Assembly (NCBI GenBank): GCA_947174635.1
Contig: CAMWJS010000003.1
Span: 37,597-101,596 of the forward strand
DNA from: an uncultured Muribaculaceae bacterium
GTDB lineage: Bacteria; Bacteroidota; Bacteroidia; Bacteroidales; Muribaculaceae
Direction: 5' to 3'
DNA: 64,000 nt
The notes under the pieces are model-generated. The model had not been told where the DNA came from. It saw only the letters and a list, made by a program, of their open reading frames with translations, and did not search any database. Below, one piece after another: positions 58,801-64,000 of this stretch. A program made the translations under genes and the position numbers. Every line of letters begins with the position of its first letter. Position 1 is the first letter of the stretch.

Positions 58801-61800
58801 GGCCGATGAATGGCTTGCTGCCAATGCAGAACGACTGGAGACAGAGCGCAAGGCTCATCTTGATCAGAAGCGCAAAGTAGTATATTTTAAAAACACCGAC
58901 GGAGAACGTCAAGGTGTAGACTACCGAGGCGGAGAGGATGCGACGCCGGAGATGTTTGGCGAGACATTCGGGTTCAGGGGAGTGCAGTTTGGCAACTGGA
59001 CTAACAATGCAGACCGTCAGGCGGCATTAAACCAGGCGTATGATGCGCTGATGGATTTATCAAATGAATTGGGTATCACACCGCGAGCGGTGTCGCTTGA
59101 CGGAGAGCTTGGGCTGGCGTTTGGAGCTCGAGGGACTGGGGGAGCGACAGCGCATTATGAACCGGTGGAGGTTGTAATTAACCTAACCAAAACAAAGGGA
59201 GCCGGAGCGTTGGCGCATGAATGGTGGCATGCTGTTGATAACTTTTTGTCGCGCAAGGCCGGTGTGGCCATGGGATATGCTACAGCACGAAACGGATTGG
59301 AAGGCATGCGTCCTGAAATAAGGGAAGCAGTGGCTGAACTGATGGACGCTTTAGATAATTCCGCCTATGCCCGTCGCAGCCGTGACAAAGGAGATTATTG
59401 GGGGCGACCTACCGAGCTTGGTGCGCGACTGTTTGCAGCATGGCTTGCGGAGCGGATGAAAGAACGGGGTGTTGAAAGCCCGTTCCTCACTACAGGACTG
59501 AGCGAAGCGGCATGTGACATGTATCAGCGCTTCAACTATATTATGTATGAGATGCGCGAACGTGATAAGGCAGAGATAGAAAATCGGGAGCCTGGCATTA
59601 TGTCGCGTGAAGAATTCAACAAGTTGCCGGAGTCACTGCATGGATATCCATATCCTACAGCTCAGGAGATAGAAGATTTCGGCGGTCATCTTAGCACTTT
59701 GTTTGGCGCCATGTCAGAGAGGGAGAAGGAGAGCGGCAGCATTGCGAATGAGCGAGGCGGCAGATACAAGAAGCTGCGGTCGACAACTGCCGGCATGAGT
59801 CTTTTTGACTGGGCGGATGCCGAGGAAATCCGACACCGACATAGTAAGTCGGCTGATGAGAAGGCATTGACGGCAGAGGTAGCCAATAATGCGCTCGACG
59901 AATATGCCGAGGCTTACAATAATTATCTCGACCGATGGGAAGATCTTGAAAGGCGCAAAGCGGAGGTCGATAAGGACAGCATGGAGGCACAGGGATTGCA
60001 GGAAGCCATAGAGCAGGAAGAGAGAATGGCAATCGAGGCGCGCGAGCGGCTTATTGAAGCGTTGAGCGATTATTATTTGCGGGACAATACACCCGAAGAT
60101 ACCCGACGAATAGCCCGCGACATGGCGGCACGAGTACAGGCTGAGGTCGAGATACGTCGTGACCGCAACCATATATTAAGTGATATATTAACCGGAGGAG
60201 GTGGAGTTGAACCGATTGACGGAAAGCCGGAGCAGGCAGAAGCAAAGCAGGTAAAGACAGCAGGGGGCAATATCAGTTATAATGCTCTTGGACATTTGCC
60301 TGATGCCAAAGCAGGAGAGTTTGCGTATGTAGAGCGACAGTTCAGCCGCACGGGAGACTTTTTGTTTACCGGTAACGGAGTCATCAAAGATCGAGGCGAT
60401 GTGGCGTATCTGTTCAAGGCGCTGGAGGATTATTCGATTGAGCATGTGTTTGCAGCATTCGTCAAGGATGGCAAAGTCAAGGTGTTGCATATAGGGATGG
60501 GCGGACCGACATCGAGTTTTGCCGATCTCGGAGCGATAAGAGCAGGTTATGATGCCTTTGGTGCGGATGCAGTTTATCTGGTGCATAACCATCCGTCGGG
60601 AAACCTGTCGGCCAGTGTGCCTGACATGAGGCTGATGAAAACGCTTGAGGCTGCGTTTGGTGACGAAGTGGCAGTAGGCGGTATCATCATAGACACAACG
60701 TCGGGGCGCTACACTACTTTTGGTGGCACAGGTGAGACCGGTCGATATGATATGAAGCAGAACGGAGGTGAAGATGCGGTTGACGTCATGCGGTTTGATG
60801 GCGTTGACCGAAGCGCCGGCAGAAGCGAAAGCGTTATAATAGCCAACTCGGCCGATATTGCCCGATACGTATCAGAGCGTCGACTTGGGGCAGGTGACAA
60901 GATAAGTTACCTTGTATTATCAAACAGGAATGAGATTGTAGGCAATTTCCATACTGACTATGATAAACTTGATGCTTCGGGGCTTGCGGAGGAGATAGCG
61001 AGTGTTACCACCAAGTACGGAGGTACGCGTGCTGTGGTTTATGGTAATGTCAAAATCAATAAGGCTCGTGAACTGAGTGCGGAGGTATCGAGACTGAGTC
61101 TTGGTGCCATCAAGATGCTTGACGCTATAGAGGTGACGAATGGCATCAACCGCAGCGCCAATGATGACGGCCTGTTGTATGAGCCGGGCAGCGAGTTCTC
61201 AGATACGCAGAATGGAGAGAAGCGCTACCGCGAACTTGAAAATGACGCCCGCCAGCAGGAAATGGCGCAGACCTCGCCGGAGGCCAAAGGTGCCCACGTA
61301 GAAAAGCTGGCGAATAAATTCAATACTCCTATTCGGATTGTCAATGACATCAACGAGCTGAGGAGCGAGAATGCCGAGCAGCAGGAGCGCATGCGACGCA
61401 GCAAAGCTTTCTATGTATCGGAGACCGGAGAGATTACGGTCGTACTACCCAACAACACAACTGTGGAGGATGTAGCAGAATCCGTGCTTCATGAGGTCGT
61501 GGCGCACAAGGGACTGCGGGAAATGATTGGAGAGGAAAACTACGATGCTTTCTGCGATGAAGTTTATAAACACCTCAAGGGTATTTTAAAGCGGCAGATC
61601 GATAAGGAAACTGCACGTAGCTTCATGCGAGAGCCGGAGAAAGGCTACGAATATCATCGCCGTGTAGCTGTAGATGAATTGTTCGGACGCTTGAGTGAAA
61701 AGGGGTTTGAGGATTTCACCGAGCCTGAGCGTGGCATCTGGAAGAAACTCAAAGCAAAAGTGCTGGAGGCAATCAACAAGTTCCTCGGTTCGCTGAAACT

Positions 61801-64000
61801 GCCCAAGTGGGTGAAACTCGGTGATAACGAACTTCGCTATATACTGTGGCGCAGCCACGAGCGATTGCGCAACAAGGATTATGTCGATATGGCCCGCGAT
61901 ATAGCCAAACGCGAGGAGTTGGGGTTGAGAAGCAATGAGGCGGTCAGAGAGCGGAAGAGTGCAGAGGAGGTGACGGCAGACAGAATAGTGAAGACGTTTG
62001 ATGAGGCAATCTCGGGAGACTTAAAAGGTAAGCCTGTAGAAGTGGGCCGGTTGACAAAAGAAGGAAAAGAGTATCTTGAAAAACTGTCGGGAATAAGGAT
62101 GAAAGAGGATGTTTCGTTCGTTCTCAATCCGTCAGACCTGGTTCATATATACCGTCGCCACTACGGTGATAATGAAAAGGATGTGCGCAATATACCATTG
62201 ACCAAAGAAGATATCAGACAGATGTCTGAAATTGTGTCAACACCCGACCGCATTGTATATGGAAAAGAAGCAGATGGTAATCAGCGTAATATGTTCTTCT
62301 TTCTAAAAGAAGCCGTAGACGGAAGCTACAATCTCATGGAGGTCTATTCCGACAGAAAAGGGAATCTGACAGCAAAAAGCTTCTTTAAAAGCAAAGAGGG
62401 CGTATCCCAACGTGTAATGCTACTCAATGAGTCCTCTACACTTACGTCCGTAACGGATGGGGCAACCCTCTCAGATGCAGCAAAGTTACCAAAATTCTTT
62501 GAGAATCCAACAATTGCAGAGGAAGAAAGTTTTGAATATCGTTTCCGCGATGGTGAGACCGGCGACATCTGGAAGGATCAGAGCGTGGGATTGGAAGAGC
62601 GTATTACCAATGCCGCCATACGACTGAGCAACAATCATAGCGGCGACCTGAGCCTGCGCAATGACGCTCAGAAGGCCGTTATTGACAATCTGCAAAGCCT
62701 GTTGCATGAAATGCGTAACCGCCGGGGCACCGCCCGAAGTTTTGTCGGTGCCGACCGCAAGGTAGAAAGTGGCGTTGTCGACGCGATGAACGCGCAGGCG
62801 ATGTTTGACCGCGCCACCGTCAAGCGAGTTTCCAACCTCGCGCGTATCCTCCTGCAGAACGGCTACCTCTCGGATATGACTTCCGGAGAAATGCAGAGGT
62901 TGTTGTCGGCGGTCAAGAACTCTACCGCCATGCACGATATAGCCGACAGTGTGCAGAAGATTATGGACATCATGGTCAATAATCAACTCCGCAATGCCGA
63001 GGGCGCACTGCGTCAACTCCTGTCAATACGTGGCAGCAAGGTTGATGCGAGAGGTGTAGAGGTGCAGGGAGTGCTTGACGTAGAGGGTCAGCGCACAATG
63101 GAGGTGGTGAAGGACGCAATCTCACTCACCGAGGATGACATCACCGACCGCATTGATGAGGCGCTGAACAGAATGAGTGATCCCAACCAAACCATAGCCG
63201 ACAATGCTGCCATTGAGTATGTCGGCCTCAACATGGCACTCGACTACGTTCAGAACATTGCGAACAGTAAAACAGAGGAGAAAACACTTCGTGATGGGCT
63301 CAAGCGAGCCAAAGAAGACAGGGATGCAGGACGCATGACCGATGATGCCTACAAGCAGTTTGTTGAAACCGCCGAGGATGCAATCCGCAAGAATAAGATT
63401 GAACGTGCTGAGGCATATTTCAATCTTGTCGGCAGGTTGTCTGATTCATTACGCGGCAGCATTGAGAATGCCAAGGCTTTCCGCGAGGCGGAGAAAGCCC
63501 GCGTGAATGAGATTCACCACAATGCCAACTCCGACATGGAGGGTAGACCTGCAAACGAGCACCATAAGGATGATTGGAAAGACAAGTTTGCCAACAATGG
63601 TTTCGTTCAGTTCTTTTTTGCGCCCCTCGGTACCTTCGACCAGATACTCCGCGTGTTCGGCAACAAGAGTGCCAATGGCGAGGGTTATCTGTGGAACCGC
63701 TTCATGCGCGGTTGGGTAGATTGCCGCAACAAGGAGTTGCTCGGTGTGAAAGAGAAATACGCGCGTCTGGACGAAAAGGCCGCAGAGCTGTTTGGCAAGG
63801 GCAAGACTTGGGGCAACCTCATCAGAATGGAGGCGAAGATGCCGAAGGCTACCGTTTCATTCTGGGACGGGGATGAAATGCGCGACCATGAACTGACACA
63901 GGGTAACCTGCTCTACATCTACATGGTAGACAAAATGACGGACGGACGCATGAAACTGCGACGCATGGGTATCACAGAGAACGATATTGCCAAAATTGAA
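49871..64000 (+). CDS. Giant polyvalent-type multidomain protein, 5' 4,710 codons (3' end beyond window)
   Basis: ATG at 49871 is preceded by an in-frame TAA (49865-49867) and GTG (49868). I translated this frame manually from 49871 to 64000 and met no stop codon; frame phase was spot-checked by coordinate arithmetic at about ten positions (49913, 55082, 55529, 56189, 57182, 59216, 60584, 61490, 62144 and the final codon ending at 64000). It is absent from the supplied ORF track, apparently because it has no in-window stop. Only short antisense or off-frame ORFs are listed across this 14.1 kb. Confidence 0.9.
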   Translation, partial: MTNDNKQKLYNALSRDYELGTFEKFCTDIDDSVKRRKLFDAASQDYELGSWESFSKQLGYTDSTQEAPLISSIVRKVEEQAKQHVSVTSAASGNAGANVSAEASEQAAPAEAAPVDRGQQSWMPSVQDRVRASYQMQTVADGLSHRADEGAAKVGRINEPLTAEGREHRKQKEMEARMAGAPTTLLGLTGPSKAKADEEKSSAPTEKAELRPDVMSPVPYGVEYVDGKAVTKWLMPDGSVTTNMAEADAVEYTARQQRLHDTYLKNTKDISIDIPKEKSIRVGVSESYGKPVIIWRLPDGSLKKSYATPDDEKFIKENQEKFDEFGGNLISYKFNQEAADIVQPKAKEAAEQAWKAAEAAYGEKMEYNRRNSNIWLSSAGNSTDAASIKQLETIDNFTDRLTTHDLDALMDAAWSNLGEAGQKSLIDDCYKILQRQNPETDKIALYNLAKDYARQQSDKSLYNLAVEKNMPKNGLDYFMRKISDMNFVTNLGKGIAVNRVKKTGDMAAYEAANEQYRQDGHKILDVTGMVAGFAFDPTTWLSAGVGGAATRGTMWLGGRWMAGRGASTAVKQAATRQFANTMTGRLVGGVVGGSVNFGTFEGTKELENQFAHGGHIVGQDETGRYINEGYSASAVGGQVLHGLGMGAAIGWLGPVTGNVSDKLVRATTSTLGKVATRAGIYTGATIAEGTIFSIPEWIEGGRDGFDVWTDNMAMMAGFKAKHMVKSAGGILRDLKASFESPSNGSKNRLNFESCLRQRMDAPSDGGLALTKDEQAELQRYGYDLRDLVESAERTGNAKEGGIIAQNAPEIVSRLTDMVTDPRVSEAARAKMYYYATGRKLPMSTVMRGELFEDGNGGFVVESLGANGVITSRSFTNRKAADLELERIRRQSELNQLELGERYQPIADFESRMMEASRRVAANHGWNPVDVYKTCEDVLDSYVRGNNKELSDVQKNIYNKILAELDKIEVSDLATEKRTRINAKYDVDIDKAIRKEPNRRTEAEQKAIDEYIAELMPRRNSGNGMFDEAGQRLLPAEGEPRDVEDVNYREADETGQTIEHRFKDDYDFVGVEPHKSAEQPLGRAVMKYQDRQVEVLDGRVVMTGDGTMIDCERSEKTIVVRDIATGKVEMVSPEAILSYEGYADEGELLDAPISPESPSVGESVGAESTGAISAAPNYDLYDTFSVNIEGRDRPLPAAVVERDGNTITIWTPEAVNQASAKSRTMRGYLTDLTSADLDAILQRDAEGNPVGYVSANPPQETEARTDLSHTPVDGQGQPKHEEAGSDAAPDVIAGQAQVDEATATADTAEYDRGYEQGLEDAAKADDAWIANLIKIYSQNTPESMPEIMKGRLDAFLYEQQRRAMEAQSVPNPAAPVENGQQTADDGFISIDPAIKPDENGNINIPAPEAQAEPTPLQRIPRDEQGEPILTHESVDADTAWGGAVEFFGSEDDARSYVDAQVKSSEAAITAAEKAVGKVKPTAGMTKYREDLKNARVAVDAAKSTLARWKEIAEVHDRQKAEVEEAKAAENAFKASITQGKAELEHAYEEVKDVPEAVEILRNMEPQSIDEVAAMLLTGSKVLWNDEGVKRGMKSMLGYGEGERKGLFGLFAASKNGGETLERLAEDKMKELCEAYGIEYDNYDALTALTDVLGACRTRGDLHKYIQNRRIAQALQMKDDFVRHVEKEAERMSQEAYHMSVADREAYESQLPDEMKKIDMKDADIVEMNAIFADEIIERQRYEENIRNEQGRADSVLPAGSDVLHGEQADYGGGIPETSAGERRIGGDGGVDRQNGAAPESTPDREQGNVIEEAYQRNVTRYDRTVPATPEAQRSAISRIIDFAKNVRNRVERAVIGGITKRQAKDFADNGIDVDETWVHSFESSAVVHNQGRHGDSRTEERAGQIAITSEDYARIPEILEAYDRVTKSPNRSRSTGNEVIIYEKDFDDGYIYYLEEKRDKRKSLSFQTMYKKKKGTDSSDGLMPVASPSTPTAPPDNLSSSSEGKGINFASDKQTDGVGSYVQPADNKGAQTIQTAVEAASSEVNTEPTEAQKAAGNYKMKHRRVDGYNISIENAKGSVRRGTGADGKPWETTMQNDYGYIRGTEGVDGDHIDVFLSDTPEKGDVFVVDQVNEDGSFDEHKVMYGFPSEEAARAAYLSNYEPGWTGLGEITHVSKDEFKKWINSSRRKTKPFADYKSVRDITNNVKQAIQEILVSDNYRAVVVTDSSGKETYRVLLNKGARKKEWQIKSELHNGHYSSDGYGTLIFSSRNDMEACLDDRDADIDILNKRLLRKDDENRRKKRTEWKASMLEKIKGMSTEDLRHNIELYDKAPDRRHDEEKEVIDAARQELRLRDAAVKDATDDSAEITRLSKKYRSAPIKVVKSIEDIKSDDLSEDTLEEIAGAMEEAETQAIYCKENKKIYIFAGKYQDGELDYIVAHESVHAAVDKLGLRNGEELNYYRKSIAGIFDNEAPAELNKIISEKYAPEDEDEEFLAYTLPWISRNKKRMRKVLEHGEGRLVDFINQLNEEIYGKEEIQSMLSATEERTPTNVHGGRGGQVRGRRGTAGTITGDDSGGDADTGNRQIEDFGEKIAGARKDALSAFAKTIENVSVQSLIELPMSKAFTRPNLRKMVETGAISDEDAILAEAILQGQIYAHRKPALTKRQSSKKAVEEWARATYGGISMLGEILSGDPSRREAAILQYNERLAAELEAANAHVAKMREWNPGKKIEDVKAIPNPIDITRRVLEGIGYHVGDAVKLPLTNIELSSNKQYYIVGSAGKQGALWFKMHHDTLDGAVDTMIMAAKLARGDRDVELPLRQFVTKGVGTPHKELTGKYEVLYFAKDGKTVKSRVFDGKDKAEVFAADSKGLMRELVKYTNDFDAYAIEAINPLTGERHTLRDDFGSRAEASTWIDESYEEANNLALDALYKEMNVESTPRSHYYVESVFRHGKMVGRVVEDDKKNPWRLTKYFESRKEADEWLAANAERLETERKAHLDQKRKVVYFKNTDGERQGVDYRGGEDATPEMFGETFGFRGVQFGNWTNNADRQAALNQAYDALMDLSNELGITPRAVSLDGELGLAFGARGTGGATAHYEPVEVVINLTKTKGAGALAHEWWHAVDNFLSRKAGVAMGYATARNGLEGMRPEIREAVAELMDALDNSAYARRSRDKGDYWGRPTELGARLFAAWLAERMKERGVESPFLTTGLSEAACDMYQRFNYIMYEMRERDKAEIENREPGIMSREEFNKLPESLHGYPYPTAQEIEDFGGHLSTLFGAMSEREKESGSIANERGGRYKKLRSTTAGMSLFDWADAEEIRHRHSKSADEKALTAEVANNALDEYAEAYNNYLDRWEDLERRKAEVDKDSMEAQGLQEAIEQEERMAIEARERLIEALSDYYLRDNTPEDTRRIARDMAARVQAEVEIRRDRNHILSDILTGGGGVEPIDGKPEQAEAKQVKTAGGNISYNALGHLPDAKAGEFAYVERQFSRTGDFLFTGNGVIKDRGDVAYLFKALEDYSIEHVFAAFVKDGKVKVLHIGMGGPTSSFADLGAIRAGYDAFGADAVYLVHNHPSGNLSASVPDMRLMKTLEAAFGDEVAVGGIIIDTTSGRYTTFGGTGETGRYDMKQNGGEDAVDVMRFDGVDRSAGRSESVIIANSADIARYVSERRLGAGDKISYLVLSNRNEIVGNFHTDYDKLDASGLAEEIASVTTKYGGTRAVVYGNVKINKARELSAEVSRLSLGAIKMLDAIEVTNGINRSANDDGLLYEPGSEFSDTQNGEKRYRELENDARQQEMAQTSPEAKGAHVEKLANKFNTPIRIVNDINELRSENAEQQERMRRSKAFYVSETGEITVVLPNNTTVEDVAESVLHEVVAHKGLREMIGEENYDAFCDEVYKHLKGILKRQIDKETARSFMREPEKGYEYHRRVAVDELFGRLSEKGFEDFTEPERGIWKKLKAKVLEAINKFLGSLKLPKWVKLGDNELRYILWRSHERLRNKDYVDMARDIAKREELGLRSNEAVRERKSAEEVTADRIVKTFDEAISGDLKGKPVEVGRLTKEGKEYLEKLSGIRMKEDVSFVLNPSDLVHIYRRHYGDNEKDVRNIPLTKEDIRQMSEIVSTPDRIVYGKEADGNQRNMFFFLKEAVDGSYNLMEVYSDRKGNLTAKSFFKSKEGVSQRVMLLNESSTLTSVTDGATLSDAAKLPKFFENPTIAEEESFEYRFRDGETGDIWKDQSVGLEERITNAAIRLSNNHSGDLSLRNDAQKAVIDNLQSLLHEMRNRRGTARSFVGADRKVESGVVDAMNAQAMFDRATVKRVSNLARILLQNGYLSDMTSGEMQRLLSAVKNSTAMHDIADSVQKIMDIMVNNQLRNAEGALRQLLSIRGSKVDARGVEVQGVLDVEGQRTMEVVKDAISLTEDDITDRIDEALNRMSDPNQTIADNAAIEYVGLNMALDYVQNIANSKTEEKTLRDGLKRAKEDRDAGRMTDDAYKQFVETAEDAIRKNKIERAEAYFNLVGRLSDSLRGSIENAKAFREAEKARVNEIHHNANSDMEGRPANEHHKDDWKDKFANNGFVQFFFAPLGTFDQILRVFGNKSANGEGYLWNRFMRGWVDCRNKELLGVKEKYARLDEKAAELFGKGKTWGNLIRMEAKMPKATVSFWDGDEMRDHELTQGNLLYIYMVDKMTDGRMKLRRMGITENDIAKIE
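51440..52040 (+). other. Gly/Ala-rich hydrophobic (glycine-zipper / TM-like) block inside the giant ORF
   Basis: Translated: VTGMVAGFAFDPTTWLSAGVGGAATRGTMWLGGRW..GRLVGGVVGGSVNFGTF..AVGGQVLHGLGMGAAIGWLGPVTG..AGIYTGATIAEGTIFSIPEWI..NMAMMAGF. Confidence 0.6.
55355..55790 (+). other. Barnase/EndoU/ColicinE5-D/RelE-like (PBECR-type) nuclease-like module 1
   Basis: Translated: ..TWVHSFESSAVVHNQGRHGDSRTEERAGQIAITSEDYARIPEILEAYDRVTKSP..GNEVIIYEKDFDDGYIYYLEE. The H..(G)RHG motif (55529-55549) followed by 'ITxEDyxxIPEIL..xD.V' is the pattern I associate with PBECR domains of polyvalent proteins. Confidence 0.5.
56030..56420 (+). other. Inorganic-pyrophosphatase-like module
   Basis: Translated: GNYKMKHRRVDGYNISIENAKGSVRRG...NDYGYIRGTEGVDGDHIDVFL (DGDHIDV = 56189-56209)...VNEDGSFDEHKVM. 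This parallels the family-I PPase core NYGYI..T...DGDPvDVLV ... DExGExDxK. Confidence 0.5.
57100..57420 (+). other. HEXXH (zincin-like) motif region 1
   Basis: Translated: YIFAGKYQDGELDYIVAHESVHAAVDKLG, with HESVH at 57182-57196. Downstream acidic residues (PEDEDEEFLAY) are possible third ligands. Confidence 0.4.
58950..59500 (+). other. HEXXH (zincin-like) motif region 2
   Basis: Translated: FGFRGVQFGNWTNNADRQAALNQAYDALMDLSNELGI...ATAHYEPVEVVINLTKTKGAGALAHEWWHAVDNF, with HEWWH at 59216-59230. Confidence 0.5.
60350..60700 (+). other. RadC-like JAB/JAMM domain
   Basis: Translated: ..AVYLVHNHPSGNLSASVPDMRLMKTLEAAFGDEVAVGGIIID. HNHPSG-x5-S-x-PD (60584-60625) is the canonical RadC/JAMM metal-binding signature. 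Confidence 0.75.
61400..61860 (+). other. HExxxH-containing conserved module (possible divergent metallopeptidase)
   Basis: Translated: VEDVAESVLHEVVAHKGLREMIGEENYDAF.. (LHEVVAHKGLREMIG = 61487-61531). The spacing is HExxxH, not the canonical HEXXH. Confidence 0.35.
62050..62410 (+). other. Barnase/EndoU/ColicinE5-D/RelE-like (PBECR-type) nuclease-like module 2
   Basis: Translated: VLNPSDLVHIYRRHYGDNEKDVRNIPLTKEDIRQMSEIVSTPDRIVYGKEADGNQRNMFFFLKE (HIYRRHYG = 62144-62167). It has the same H..RHG + LTxEDI..xxEIV..PD.I pattern as module 1. Confidence 0.5.

Larger units (their letters stand above)
44970..64000. mobile_element. Left (integrase-proximal) ~19 kb of an integrated mobile element; right end lies beyond the window
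   Basis: Gene content switches abruptly from conserved housekeeping genes to an integrase, orphan ORFs, iteron arrays and a giant multi-domain ORF. The exact attL could not be defined from one junction. Confidence 0.7.

Noticed and set aside
50130-63016. Antisense and off-frame ORFs inside the giant ORF (for example 54244..54789, 55898..56383, 58223..58912, 62486..63016, 51341..51715).
   Set aside because: All lie within one continuous 14-kb sense frame. They have odd compositions (Cys/Arg/Ser-rich or low complexity) typical of shadow ORFs, and none has a promoter box or recognisable motif.
45000-64000. Impression that the element is slightly more GC-rich than the flanking chromosome.
   Set aside because: I cannot compute windowed GC or codon usage reliably by eye and the difference looks small, so it is not used as evidence.

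Overview
The window looks like a Bacteroidota (Bacteroidales-type) chromosome, based on TAnnTTTG -7 promoter boxes, the MoxR/DUF58/BatA-E operon and a TPP-riboswitch-controlled TonB receptor with a PnuC-family transporter. Bases 1 to about 44,970 are ordinary, densely packed housekeeping genes: nucleoside permease (partial), bifunctional nuclease, mnmA, clpB, tRNA-Glu, ABC-F ATPase, prs, GH13 amylase, patatin, valS, porin, S9 peptidase, ygiQ, uvrB, the Bat aerotolerance operon, Usp, an HU-like pair, the thiamine uptake locus, rlmD and ppdK. An integrated mobile element begins directly after the ppdK terminator, and only its left 19 kb is visible. It contains, in order: a tyrosine integrase (45119-46615); two paralogous ~73-aa ORFs; a ~660-bp non-coding hub with two homologous 131-bp arrays of 21-bp-phased TTC(S)GAA palindromic iterons flanking an AT-rich core; a small basic protein; back-to-back divergent promoters; and a three-gene plus-strand operon. 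The last gene of that operon is the main result. It is an ORF that starts at 49871 and is still open at base 64000, at least 4,710 codons. The supplied ORF track does not list it, apparently because it has no stop codon inside the window. Manual translation shows a mosaic of unrelated enzyme-like modules separated by long stretches I cannot assign: two Barnase/EndoU/RelE-like nuclease-type modules, an inorganic-pyrophosphatase-like module, two HEXXH zincin motifs plus an HExxxH variant, a RadC-like JAB motif HNHPSG, and a glycine-zipper hydrophobic block. This is the architecture of a phage/conjugative-element 'polyvalent protein'. All family calls come from motif recognition by eye; no database search was run.
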